Source: Octopus sinensis
Lineage: Eukaryota
Assembly: GCF_006345805.1 (NCBI RefSeq)
Contig: NW_021833123.1
Location: 19,194-83,193 of the forward strand
Direction: 5' to 3'
DNA: 64,000 nt
The notes below the pieces were generated by a model that was not told where the DNA came from, did not search any database, and was given only the letters and a program-made list of their open reading frames with translations. The position numbers were made by a program, and so were the translations under genes. Numbering within the stretch: the first letter of the stretch is position 1; each line of letters begins with the position of its first letter. Shown here piece after piece: positions 40,545 through 54,321 of the stretch.

Positions 40545-40945
40545 TCATTAGTAATGTTTCTGAGGCATGAGGAGAATTTGGGTCTTTCAACATCAGGCAT
40601 CCTCCTTCATTTGCCCAGTCGGCGTTGGATTATACAAACCCCAAAGAATTCCTCTCAACATATGGCTAAGATTTGCCCCCACTATTTCTGCTCGTGATAA
40701 AAGACGCAAATATTGTCAGCCACTGAGAGACATGCTCAACTGGCTCAGGTCAAGCAACTGAGAAGCAAGTCTGTGGTATTCAGCAGAATATTTGTTGTAT
40801 CCCATCCATTTTTTTTATACTAACACAAAAATTTACATGACAACACTTGCAATCATTTAAGATTAGAAGCCATCAGAGCCCGTGCCCGGTACTGCATCAG
40901 AGTAGTGAGAGCCACTACCTGGCCAGGGCATTCGTTATTATTATT
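40545..40945. mobile_element. Diverged inverted copy of the 53705-54260 element
   Basis: aaaccccaaagaattcctctcaacatatggct...cagccactgagagacatgctcaac matches 53705-54260 in reverse complement. Confidence 0.8.
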
Positions 40946-40959
40946 ATTACTTTTTTTTC

Positions 40960-41081
40960 TTCTTTCAAATTTGCTTCCATTTCTTGCCGAGTGTCTTCCC
41001 GACTCCTAGGGCAAAGAAACTCATAGTATACATTGGTAGGCCATTAAACCAAACTCAATAGTTCGTTCATTTTTTTTCTTA

Positions 41082-41134
<53 letters not shown>

Positions 41135-41505
41135 TGGGCTTACTTTCATCACTTGGTTTTATTGCATTACCGAGTGCAGCTCTGTGTGCCTTGGTTATGT
41201 GCGGTGGATTGTTGTGATGCTCTTATTTTTACTGTATTGAAAGTGTTTTACGTAGGATGTGTACGGTGTCTAGTAGTGCTGTTTTCTCTATGTTAAATAT
41301 ACTTGTTAGTCCTGGTGTCTTTTTTTTATCTATTTGTCTGAATATATTTTTATCATCCCTATTGCGTCTACTATGATAGAAATTGTTTCTGGTTTTAGAC
41401 TCCACATTCGAGTTACCTCTATTTCCAGGTCTTTGTATTTTGAAAGTTTCTCCATTTCTTTTAGAGAAACGTTGTCATCTGTTGGTATTGATACATCGAT
41501 TATAT
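40960..41505 (-). mobile_element. 5'-truncated R4/Dong-type element (RLE + 3' UTR)
   Basis: IIDVSIPTDDNVSLKEMEKLSKYKDLEIEVTRMW...TALLDTVHILRKTLSIQ*. Confidence 0.85.
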
Positions 41506-41929
41506 GTATCTCTGACAACTATATCCATCGTATTGCCCTTAATTTCTTTATCTCTGTTATTATTATTGTTGCTGTTGTTGTTTATATATCTGTTTCACTT
41601 TTATTGTAGGATTTGGTTTTGCTTTCAAGCAAAAACGTCGAGAAAAAACAAAGTACTGCATCTGAAGGTGCCAATAGTTAAGGTGCCATGCGATGGAGAA
41701 CACTGATGTCTGTGGCACATAAAAAAAAAACTGAGCATTTACACGGAGAGAAATTTACGTAAGCGTAACAGAGAAGCTCAATATACAAACAACTGGTAGG
41801 AACACCAGCCGCCACAAGTTGCCCAGACTGTTGGGGTTATCATCCTTTCGAATTGCAGCGCTCAGACTGATCGGGAAATACATGCAAACCGATTTTATCT
41901 CTTTGTGAAAAATCATATTGGAAGAGGCT

Positions 41930-42165
41930 TCTCCTATCATTGATGTTGCAGCCCCGACCAGCAAGAACTCATCTCTGAAAACGTTTGGTAAACTAAGGAA
42001 ATATAAGAACCCAGAAACTGAAATTGGAAGAATGTGGCGTCTCAAAACAACATAACCTGTTATTATTGGGGCACTTGGAATGATATCAAGAGGAGCAAAC
42101 AAATATCTAGAACAAATCATTGGCAGCCCCAAAATAAGGGAATTACAATAAATCATACTAATTTT
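41930..42165 (+). pseudogene. RLE-domain fragment of an R4/Dong-type element
   Basis: IIDVAAP..KLRKYKNPETEIGRMWRLKT..PVIIGALGMISRG. Confidence 0.8.
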
Positions 42166-43309
42166 TCATGAGATCATTCATGTACGTATAATCTTGAGTG
42201 TGTGTGTGTGTTTTTGTGTGTACGTGTGTGTGTGTGTGTGTTTGCATGTGTGTGTGTTTGCGTGTGTGCATACTTTGTGCATGCACTTTCCTTATTTAAG
42301 GAGATAGGATGTGGTTTGAGGGGATATTTGGTCGAGGTTTTTCAAATGGATTTATTAGGCTCACTCGTTTGGCAGTGAGTTATGTCAACGATAAAGCTTC
42401 GATTTTCAGAAGAAACCTATACCGTTTATGTATAATTAATAGCTCTAATGTTCCTGGAAAAGGAAATTTTCTAACAAAATTATGTCTCATAAGTCTTTTG
42501 CTATTCTTGTTTAAACGAGATGTCGATATGGATATGGGAATTAATCAGTATAACTCTACGCTTGAGTCAAACACACGCGCACGCTCTCTCTCTCTCTCTC
42601 TCACACACATACATACACACAGATATAAGATCTGAGTATGCATCGTCCAACAAAGAAGCATTTAAGCTGTAGCTGGCCCTTTAAAATCATAACAGCTCAA
42701 ATCGCACTAAACTGCTTCACTTTAATATAGAACAAAATGCCTAATTTTATCTGCGGTATATTAAAAGATATATAATAAACAGGTTGGTCACGACTGGGAC
42801 GCATTTGTTTATAGATCTGGTTCGATCAGGGCTAACATCGAAGCGGCTACACATCACCAAAACCAACAACAGACTGCCATGTCAAATATAATACATTATA
42901 CAACTGTATTAAACAACAGCATCATTAGCGGCCATCAATCTATTTCTCCCTTCATAGAAGCCATCATTAACTCTACCACACCGACTACATTCAATTTGAT
43001 GAAAGTTCCGAAGAAGAAGGAAGTGTGGCGAGGGTATCAGGAGGAGTAGGGTTAGGCGGTAGGAAGACAAACTATTAAAAACAGTTTGATTAAAAGAGAC
43101 TATTCCCAGCATTAGAGCCTTCGAAATCAATCAAGGGCAAAACAAGCTGTCAGGAGAGGAAGTCTTTAATGAAATTCTATGGGCTTGCTATTGGAGAACG
43201 GCGGATTAGCAGGAAAAAATAAAAATAAAACATAAAAACAATATGGAGGCTACGATGTTCTGTTTAACATGGCGTAAATCATGTAAAGGAGAATGAGACA
43301 ACCGAATGC

Positions 43310-43412
43310 ATGTATGCACGCATATGCACATACGTGTGTGTGTGTGTGTATAGTGTGTACATAGGTACATGTGTATATACTGTATTTACGCTTACGTATA
43401 TACGTATATACG

Positions 43413-43443
<31 letters not shown>

Positions 43444-43817
43444 GTATATATATATTTGTGTATATATATATATTATATATATATATATATACACATGTAT
43501 GTATGTATGTATGTATATATATATATATGTATATATATATATACGATATATATCTTACATATGTAGATATATATACATATAAATGTATACACAGATACAT
43601 ATACGCACGCAGTCTCACACTTAATACATTGACACACACATATGTATGTATGTATGTATATGAATATGTATACATATGCATATATATATATATATATATA
43701 TGTATGCATATATCTGTATATGTATGTGTATATGTATATATATATATGTTATGTATATGTATATACGTATATATGTATTTATATATGTATGCATGTATGT
43801 ACGTATGTATATACGTT

Positions 43818-43875
<58 letters not shown>

Positions 43876-43915
43876 ATATGTATATGTATATAACCTACGT
43901 TGTAGATATATATAA
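43310..43915. repeat. (TA)n/(TATG)n microsatellite
   Basis: Directly visible. Confidence 0.95.
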
Positions 43916-43958
43916 GAGAGCAATCTTTACTCTTTCGTAAATTGGAAAATAATGCCCA

Positions 43959-43999
43959 CCCTCAATCGATTTTCGAAGCTAATGGGGCTCTCATCTAAG
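43959..43999 (-). ncRNA. Decayed hammerhead copy (family of 44765)
   Basis: Minus strand: taGATGA-gagcc..cttc-GAAA-ATCGAT-TG-aggg. Confidence 0.5.
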
Positions 44000-44119
44000 A
44001 TATCAATGCTCTGTACGATATTCTTAACCGTTCAGTCACTTTGGTAAATTTCTGTCTACTAAAAATAATAAGAATGGTTTTTGTGTGGGTATGCGTTTGC
44101 ATGTATTCATGTATGCCTC

Positions 44120-44174
<55 letters not shown>

Positions 44175-44764
44175 TACTTTATATAGATATATATATATAT
44201 ATCTTTAGCTGTTTACTCGCGACCGAGGAAGATCATCACTGACCATTGCCCATGAAAAAATGCTAACAATATCCGTCCGTGCATGGTGATATTACACCTG
44301 CAGTCTACTTCACTCAGGTCCACGCCTGAGCCTTCGGTGCTCGCTACGTTACACTCCGACTCGACTGGGCATCGGAAAGTTCACCTCGCCGGAGATTGCA
44401 CAACATCAAATTTTAAGCACAATAAAGCTTGCGCTGCACCCAACAGCTCCTAACAGCCTCTACTACACTACTGACAGGCCAGGGCAAGATATTCGATGTC
44501 AATATTGGTTTAAAGCGCAAGCAGAAAGTTCCCCAAATGTTCAGAACCATTCTCTGCGTAACTGGCTTGTATCAGAATGACCTACTCTTAAAGACACGCT
44601 TTAACAAAAGCTAAAGTGTGCCTCATTTTTAGTAGTCATCCGGCACACCAAACACCAACCCAGGATTTGTGAAGGCATTTGCTATTGTTATGTAACATAT
44701 GGTATAAATTATACAGAGGGCAAATTTTAGCAATTTCTACGCAAGGTGTAAAAATGATGAACAA

Positions 44765-44806
44765 GCTTAATCGATTTTCGAACCATATTGGGCTCTCATC
44801 AGAGGC
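44765..44806 (-). ncRNA. Type I hammerhead with canonical core
   Basis: Minus strand: gcct-CTGATGA-gagcc caatat ggttc-GAAA-ATCGAT-TA-agc; stem I only 2 bp in this copy. Confidence 0.7.
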
Positions 44807-46019
44807 GTCTGCCTCATTCTGACAGTCTCCAGAGAAACCAACAGCCAAACTGTTTCTATATTCAACAAATGCAGCAGTTACTCTATGAAGGAGGCCCTAA
44901 TTTGCATACCGAAAGTGTTTAACACTCTATAAGTACTACCGGCCTGTCAACGGGGATAGAACTTGCACTAGATTCGACAGGCCTTTTGACGGGTATTTTT
45001 TTGGTCTTGCTGGGTTTCTAGTAAACCTACTCACCAGGCAAGCCGGGTGGTGAGCCGGCTTAGTCGCTGATAAACCGACCATGCAACAGGCAGTACTAGA
45101 TCCTATGTTACAAACAGCACACAAGAGAACCTTAGAAGTTTGCTTGTTTCTGACATTAAAGTGCGGCTATGCTGGCGCACTGCCTTGAAGAATTTTTCTT
45201 GAACAACGTGACCAACATATTTTTTAAAACCTGGTACTTATTCTACCGGTCTTTTATACCATGAAATTTTAAAAAAAAACTATTCCCATAGTTTTCAAAT
45301 GCAAGGAAGATTTTCCTTTTTTGTGTCTATCTCTGTCTCTCTTTTTTACTCATGTGAGATCTAGGTAGTGGGCAGCAGGTAGTAGTAGTTTGAAATGAAT
45401 TCTTGTCTTTGATTGTTTAAGCAGTAGTAGTAGTTGAGAAAGGAGAAGAAGAAGAAGAAGAAGAAGAAGAAGAAGAAGAAGGGAGTGGTATGACAGTAGC
45501 AGGATGTTCATGAAATCCTCTTAAATGGTCAAGTGACCTAAAAGTGACCCGTTGTAGCTGTAATAGTAGTCATTGGAATTGTTCTGAATAAATTCATGGA
45601 TAGTGACTGTTCTGAATATATCGTTTTGATATTTGCGTGGATATTATTCTAAGGCCCTTGTAATAGTGTAATTTGTGGTGGACGCATTCAGAAGGGGTTT
45701 ATATTCTGTGATAAAGCATGACTCTTTACTAATGCGCTGACTACATGTTGCATCGTTCTTGAATTCATACTATCTGTGTCCTAGAAGTCACATGAGTAAA
45801 AAACAAAGACATGAAAAGACATGACAGAAAAGAGGAAAATGTCCATGGCATTTGAAAACTATGGAAATATTTTAAAAAGACCTTTCATTTAATATTTCAA
45901 TAATTTAATTGTTTTTCATGCTTTACCCCAAGTTGAAAAGATCGTAAAGACTGGAGCCGGTACTAAAATGTTCTTCATGTGCTTTATTTTCCTTATAAAT
46001 ATATATACATATATAATCT

Positions 46020-46230
46020 TTTCGACGCTTTGTACAAGGCACGAAATTTCGAGGTGGGTGACCAGCCGATTAGATGGTACCCAGTACGCAACTAGTACTT
46101 AATTTTTCGACCCCGAAAGGATGAAAAGCAAAGTTGACCTCGGGGTAATTTGAACTCAGAACCTAAAGAGAGACGATATACCACTAAACATTTCGCCTGG
46201 CGTACTAACGTTTGTGCCAGCTCTCCGCCT
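46020..46230 (-). mobile_element. SINE family B
   Basis: cgaccccgaaaggatgaaaagcaaagttgacctcgg..tttgaactcagaac. Confidence 0.85.
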
Positions 46231-46410
46231 GATAGATATATAACGATATATATATACGCGCACGCGCGTGTGTGTATGTATGTATCAATCTATCTGTATG
46301 CATGTATATATGCATATATATATAGATAATTAAATGTATATATGTATATATATATATATATATATATTATTATATATATATATATGCATATATACATATA
46401 TATAAATAAT

Positions 46411-46488
<78 letters not shown>

Positions 46489-46711
46489 GTATATAAATAG
46501 TGAAAAATGACAGACTTAGATATTTATCGAGTGAATGGAATATTATTCAAACTGGCAGTTTGAGTAAGTCAGTCATGTAGTCGGCAAAAATTTCCAAGCC
46601 ATAGTCAATAAAATTATTACATGCAGACAAGGCTACTTTAATGACCAAAAATAGTTGACCAGCATGTTACACAAACAACAAACACATACACACACATTGA
46701 ATCTGTCTGCC

Positions 46712-46819
<108 letters not shown>

Positions 46820-47378
46820 ATACATAGGAGAACAAGCGATTTCGAAGACAAAATTTGCGTGTAGGCAACAAAATATTCATAAATCTATTTGACAGATCAG
46901 CCTTCGATCTTGTCTTTCAGACAGATAATACACATGCACACAAACCAACACACATGCACGCATACATGCGCACGCACACAAACACACAAACACACACATA
47001 CACATACATCAAGGCACACGCTCTCTCTCTCACACACACACGTATATATACATGTTTGAATGTATAAATATGGGTATATAATGGATCATGCTTCGAGTTC
47101 AAAACCACAAGAATTCCAGTAGATCCCATCTACTCATTTTATTACAATGCATAAATGGGCGCGTATTTAGCAGACACTTGTACTTTTAATGTAATCCTCA
47201 ACAGATTAAGGATGTCACTTTGTGTGTGATAAGCCTCGGATGTCCGAATCATAAATGCAGTCGATATATACGTACATATGTGCGCATGTTCGTGTATGTA
47301 TGTATGTATGTATGTATGTATGTATGTATGTATGTATGTATGTATGTATGTATGAATCTATGTATGTATGTATTTATG

Positions 47379-47424
<46 letters not shown>

Positions 47425-47759
47425 AATATATATATAATATATATACATAATATATATACATTTACATATATGGATATATGTGAGCACAGCCATATATATA
47501 AATATATACATATATATAATATATGCATATATGTATATATATATGTATACATATATACATGTACATATATCTATCCTTTTCCAAGTAAGTTTTATCTATA
47601 TATATATATGTATATATATACGTATACGTGTGTGTATCTAGTGTATATATATGCATGCATTAGTCATCAATTCCTTGCTGGAGTCGTAGGGGATGCAATC
47701 GTGACATAATGCGTGTCTTGGGCAAAAATAGATTTAGTGGAGCCAATCCTCCACCTCTC

Positions 47760-47822
<63 letters not shown>

Positions 47823-48925
47823 CATAGTTAAAAAAAGTGGCGGAAGAAAGAATAAAATCGACCCTTAGTACAGGATTAGTACTTTATGTATTCCGAAAGG
47901 ATGAAAGGCAAAATTGACTTGCGCGGGATTTGAACTTAGAGCACAAGGAACGGGATCGTTTGTAGCAAGTCAGTCGGCTTTTGATTCTGCCAATCGGCCA
48001 CTTTATGCAGAGAAAGAGAAAGCCTGAGAGAGAGAGGGAGAAAGAGAGAAAAAGAAAGAGAGAGAGAGAGATGGTGGGGAGAAACGTAGAAGGTTTTTGG
48101 TTCCTTATTTGAAATATGAAAGCCCTTGGCCTAGTGGTTTGACTGTTGCACGCACGATCTGAAGATTGTGGATTCGATTTCTAGACAGGGCGACACGTTC
48201 TGTTCTTTAGCCAAAAATTTCCTTTCACGTAGCTCCATTCCCCGTTTCGATCGGGGTGGGGTGGCGGGATTTTGGCTTGCTCGACTAACCAGCGGGGTGG
48301 CGTCATTGGAAAGCTAAAACGATGCAAAGAGCATTGTGACCTGCGATGTCTAACAACATCTGATATTCTGGACGGTCACATGATCACGTGATTTGCTATA
48401 TTTAGATAGTAGCCTATATTTAAATATGTGTTCTTTGAGAAGGTGTGTCTGAAAATTTCCTGATGTCATAAATTTCAGTAGCCTTATCCTTAAAAATTGT
48501 TTTCAACTCAGAAACCATAGCTTGTCTGTCATACAAATATCGTTTATGTATGTATTACATTACACTAAAAAGGTCTAATAAGACAGAAGCATAACGAAAT
48601 AATATCATATATACCGTAGATAAAATTTACTTCTCACGTTTAAATACTCCACGGATACATTCTGATTAGACGTAACTACAACGCATTTGCTTAAGATTAC
48701 TGTTTTTTGTGAAATATATAAAGTTTTACGCAAACAACAAACAAACGAATATCGTTTTGAACTAATTTCTGTGAGTCGGTTTCTGTGTGAGAATGAGTGT
48801 ATATATCGACCAATATGTATATGTGTGTCAGTGTTTGTGCGTGAGTGTGTATGTATGTGTGTATATGTATGTGTAGGTATGTGTGTATATGTATGTGTGA
48901 ATGTGTGTGTGTCAATGTACATGTC

Positions 48926-48957
<32 letters not shown>

Positions 48958-49028
48958 AGAGAGAAAGATAAAGACAGACAAACATAAATGGATAAAGAAG
49001 TAGGTATGTTAGTAGGTAGGTAGGTAGA

Positions 49029-49130
<102 letters not shown>

Positions 49131-49442
49131 TGTTTCTTTATTAGCCACACAGGGCTGCACACAGATAGAACAAATTACAAGGTAGAGCTTTTCTTTTGGG
49201 GGTAAAAAAAAAAAGGAGAGTGGTGGTTTTCGATCAAAAGGGATCGTAAAAGGAAAGAAAAAGGACAAAAAAAAGGGGAGGGGTTAAAAAAGGGGGGGAG
49301 AGAAAAAAAAAAGAAATAATAGGGATCGTTATCACAGAAATGTCAATATGAAGTGTAAAGGGGAGGACAGGTGAGGTTTACCCGTGGAAAGAAAAGCCTA
49401 CGGAAAAGACCACGGTAAGCTTGGTCAATGAAGTCACATGTT
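49131..49442 (-). mobile_element. Probable LINE 3' UTR fragment inserted in (GATA)n
   Basis: Minus strand ends cagccctgtgtggctaataaagaaaca followed by (TCTA)n; (GATA)n on both sides. Confidence 0.6.
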
Positions 49443-49478
49443 ATATTTCTTTAGATAGATAGATAGATAGATAGATAG

Positions 49479-49556
<78 letters not shown>

Positions 49557-50064
49557 GCAAATCAAATATCCTTTCTATAGGCTGCAAGAAAACATAATCA
49601 TAATAGTAACAATGCTTTCTACTAAAGCACAAGGCCTGGAATTTTAGGCGATGAAGTCCGTAACACGTACCCGGGTGTTAAACTGGTACGTGTTTTTTGG
49701 ACCTCAAAAAGATAAAAAAGCAAAGTCGACCGCGCAGAATCTTGTCTGGAGTACTAACGATTCAGCCAGCTCGCAGCCTTCTATATGTGTGTATGCACAC
49801 ACACATATATGTGTGTCTATCTGTCTCTTCTGTCTATCTTTTTCTATGTCGCATTGTCTCTATCACTCTCCCTCTGTTTCTGTTTCTCTCAATATAATAT
49901 ATACGTATATATATATATATATATATATGTGTGTATGCACACACACGCACTTATGTATATATTTATTTATATCAAATTATCTACATATTTACATGTATAT
50001 TATAAATGGATTCATGCATACATATATATATATATATATTTACACACACACACAGATATATATG

Positions 50065-50095
<31 letters not shown>

Positions 50096-50633
50096 ATTTA
50101 TATATTTATATTTATATTTATATATATATACAGATATGCATATGCATGCATATGTGTATACATGCATATATTTACATACACATATAAGTATATATACATA
50201 TTCATACATTAATAAGTAAATAAATAAATAAATATGTAGATATATTATTACAGACCTATTAAACAGGCTACTTTTAATGTGTATATAGATTCATTTCCTC
50301 AATACTACCATTAATTTATATACACTGGCTGTGATATCTGACTTCCTTTACAATATATAGAGATCTGTAATGAGATATACCGACATAAAATATATCAAAT
50401 TCATAATTTTTAACATTAACTGTACCATGCTTAACAATCAGTTCTTTTGGAGTTCTTTTTCGCACTTGCTTTCGATAATGGTAGAACGTTATTGATTACA
50501 TGTGGTGTACGACATTAAAAAAAATATAGCGTTAGAAAAAAAGTTCTTATAATTTAATCGGTCATACAAAGTGAACACTTTCAGAGATACAACACCGCAT
50601 ACATTCATACATTCATACGCATGTGTGTTAGTG

Positions 50634-50664
<31 letters not shown>

Positions 50665-51329
50665 TGTGTGTGTGTGTGTGGTGTGTGTGTGTGTGTGGTG
50701 TGTGTGTGTGTGAAAACGCGTGGGTTAGTGGTTAATGTGTTGTGCTCAAGATCGTAAGATTGTAGTTTTTATTCCGGAACTGGGTGGTGCAATTTATCCC
50801 AAAGTAAGAAATTTCATTTCACGTTGTTTTGGTCCACTCACCTGTCAAAAACGAGTAATCCTTCGTCGCACTTGCTTCTCATTGTTTGATGCTTCGAGAT
50901 ATTTTGCCAGTCCAATTATGATGGTTTTGTAAGAGATTTCAAATTGGATCAAGGATCGACCTCCTTGAGCTCTGGGTAGGTAAAGACGATCTGCATCTGC
51001 TTTGAGTGGTGCATTTTATTGCAACTCAGCATGCTGGGATAACGGCACTTGAGCGCTTGAAGACATTCCCCTTTCCAAACGCTCCCTGTCTGGCTGGCGA
51101 ACGGTGACTACACCTGTTCATCGTTTAAGAAGCACAGGAGATGTCGTAGCCTCAGCACATGTCTGCGCATCATCAATCATGGCATGTCCAGGCCACCACT
51201 CAGTGAGTCTTGACAGCAGATAAAGCGCCTGACCATCGGTACGAGTCCTATACACAAGAAGCAGAAGAATATACGCTCAAGCGTAATCAGACGACGGCCA
51301 GGACAAGGAACGACAGTCAAGCGATAGCA

Positions 51330-52560
51330 TTGGGTTGGCAACTAAGTTCCCACCGTTTCTTTAAATTTAAATTTTTTAAAAGGTTTAATAAAAAATAACT
51401 AATTAATCAATAATTTATTCACCCTTGTTTACAACTTCTTTCAACGTTCAACAAGATTTTCAATACCTCGTTGGTAGAAATCACCTCATTGGTAGAAATC
51501 CAATTAAGCTCTCAATTCTACATCAGTATAGAACGAAACTTATCTCATAGCATTTGAAAGAGATCGAAAGAGGTGGAAATCCGTTGGTGCCAAATCAGGA
51601 GAGTACGGTGGGTGTAGCAGCACTTCCCAGCCATGCGTCTGAATGGCTTCCTTGGTCATATTGGCGATATAAGGGCGGGCGTTGTCGTGCAGCAGAAAAA
51701 CTCCATGCTGCCGATTAGGTCTTTTCTCTTTAATAGTCGTGTTGAGTCGTTCCCTCTGTTGAACATTGAGTTCTGCATTGATCGTTTGGTTCCGTTCAAT
51801 CAATTCGTAATGGATAATCCCTTCCCAGTCCCACCATACGCACAGCATCATTTTACACGGATGAAGATCTTGTTTCGTGCGCTGTGTCACTTGTTTTCCG
51901 GGGTTAAGCCATTCCTTACGCTGCTTCATATTGATGTACAGGCACCATTTTCGTCGCCAGTAACGATTTCTTAAGCAAACCAGCGGAGATTGTGGCTCGT
52001 TGATTTTTGTTGTTGTCACTTAAAGCATGCGGAACCCATGCTCCATACTTCTGAACCTTTCCCATCGAGTGAAGATGCTTCTCTATAGCAGTGTGGGAGC
52101 ATTCCATTTTCTCTGCCAGTTCCCTTGTCGTTTGAAGAGAATTTTCATGCAAAATTTCGTTTAATCGCTCTTCATCGACCTTAACTGGACGGCCAAAACG
52201 AGATGCGTCTTTAAGGTCAAAATTTCTATTTTTGAACTTGGCATACCAATCACGAGCGGTTCTTTCAGCTATGGCACCCTCTCCATACACAACACAAATG
52301 TCGCGAGCAGCTTTTGCGGCCTTAGAACCTTGATTAAAAGCAAAAAGAAGGAGGTGTCGAAAATTCTCGTTTTTCTTAACCTGACATTCCATTCTAAGGA
52401 TCTGAAAATAATCAAAAATTAACTAAAATTAACTAGAAAAAAAATAGATTAAAAAATTAGTCAAAAAATAGAATTCTCGAAAAAAATATAGATTCCAAAA
52501 TTTAAAAACGCAATAAATTCCAAAATTTAAAAAGCGGCGGGAACTTAGTTGTCAACCCAA
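51330..52560 (-). mobile_element. Mariner DNA transposon, mellifera-subfamily-like, complete ends
   Basis: TIRs ttgggttggcaactaagttcccaccg / cggcgggaacttagttgtcaacccaa; TA on the right, CA on the left. Confidence 0.92.
51410..52392 (-). pseudogene. Mariner transposase pseudogene
   Basis: MECQVKKNENFRHLLLF..HTH..WVPHAL; frameshift/deletion near 51970; LCVWWD, HDNARP, HPPYSPDLAPTDFHLF. Confidence 0.92.
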
Positions 52561-53402
52561 TAGATGACGGACGGGATATGAGCATTAGCCATTTCTACCC
52601 GACCTTTAAGGATTAGTTTTCTCTCGGCCCATTTCTAGGTAAGTGTAGTTACCCTGCACGTTACCTCCTCCCAGTTTTTGTCCATCTGGTTGTCCGAACT
52701 GAACCAGGCTCCAAGCAATTTAACCGATCCGTCAGTCCAGCGCCCTACGGCGCAGTTGGATGGCATGGACTTGCTTCTCCAGGTGCCGAGCCGTAAACTC
52801 ACTGACATTTCCTGGTTAATCGTCACTCCTAAAAACGCCTCGAAGTCCTTGAGAGCGGTGACGATCATTTCTATGTTTATGATCGGACATTACAACAGTA
52901 ACCTCGTCGGCATATGCCGACATGCATCTTCCACATCCGCTGCCAGGTATAGAAGGTCAATCCTAATGAAAGCTTTAGACTGATCTAAATTGATCAGGGC
53001 CACATCCGTACCAGGTTCTTTAGCGACGTTCTCAATGATGTATCACATGAAGTGGAGGTTGTCGTGGATGGATCTTTTCGAGATGGCACATGTCTGTCCC
53101 TTCCCTACAAAATCCCCGACGACAAGTGCCAACATCGTAGCTAACACTTTGGCCAAAATTTTGATCCCTGCACTCAGCAGATTTATGAGCTTAAAGTTGT
53201 CTATGCAGTCCCCCTTGTTCGGGTCTTTTCTCAGCAACGCCACCACTCCTCGGCTCACAAAACTGGAAATTACCAGTTGCAGTAAACGTTTGCTACGAAG
53301 TTGCCGAACAAATCTGGCATGTAAGCGTAAAGCTTGTAGGGCAGACCATCCAAACCAGGTGAATTACCTCTCCTGCAGCAAGCCATTGCTTCACGTATTT
53401 CA

Positions 53403-53403
<1 letters not shown>

Positions 53404-53463
<60 letters not shown>

Positions 53464-53486
53464 TAATAATAATAATAATAATAATC

Positions 53487-53522
<36 letters not shown>

Positions 53523-53559
53523 TGATGATGATGTGATGATGATGATGATGATGATGATG

Positions 53560-53602
<43 letters not shown>

Positions 53603-53650
53603 TGATGATGATGATGTGATGATGATGATGATGATGATGATATGATGATG

Positions 53651-53692
<42 letters not shown>

Positions 53693-53704
53693 TAATAATA
53701 ATAA
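53404..53704. repeat. (AAT)n/(GAT)n microsatellite
   Basis: Directly visible. Confidence 0.95.
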
Positions 53705-54258
53705 ATGCCATGATGCAGTACCAGGCAGTAGCTCTCATGGCTTCTGATCTTAACTGATTGGAGTGTTATCATGTACATTGTTTTGTCTTGGTATAAAAGA
53801 TGGGCTACAGCAATATTCTGCTCAATACCACAGATTTGCTTGTCAGTTGTTTGACCTTAAACAGTTGAGCATGTCCCTTAGTGGCTGACGATATGTGCAT
53901 CTCTGATCACGAGCAGAAGTAGTGGGGGAGCATCATAGCCATGTGTTGAGAGGGATTCTTTGGGGTTTGAATAATTCACCTCTGGAGACATGGGTGGTTT
54001 TTTCAAGATCCTTAAACAACCCTTATTCAGGGACCGTTTGAGCGGGATGGGCTACCAAACCTGAAGAAAATTCTAACTGGGCCCCACCTGCAAGGTCATG
54101 TGCAGTTTATCTTGATATGAGATCACCATGTCGCGCACATATGGTTGTGATGCATGTGCCTGGTGTGCCCTTATCAGACGGGTAGTCATGATGGGTATAT
54201 TGGGCTTCGTATATTTTACCCCAGTGTCACTTTGATGGCATGAACTGCTCTCTCACTC

Positions 54259-54260
<2 letters not shown>
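53705..54260. mobile_element. Non-coding ~555 bp interspersed element inserted in (AAT)n
   Basis: Sharp (AAT)n borders on both sides; second copy at 40545-40945. Confidence 0.75.
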
Positions 54261-54316
<56 letters not shown>

Positions 54317-54321
54317 TAATA

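Larger units (their letters stand above)
50900..53402 (-). mobile_element. L1/Tx1-type LINE ORF2 relic split by the mariner
   Basis: NSPGLDGLPYKLY, RGVVALLRKD, KILAKVLA, QTCAISKRSIHDNL, LINLDQSKAF, KLSLKGRVEMAN..; resumes after the mariner with YRLTVVPCP and GGLDMP. Confidence 0.85.

Noticed and set aside
44205-44620. GC-richer insert after (TA)n
   Set aside because: No ORF or structural motif I can support.
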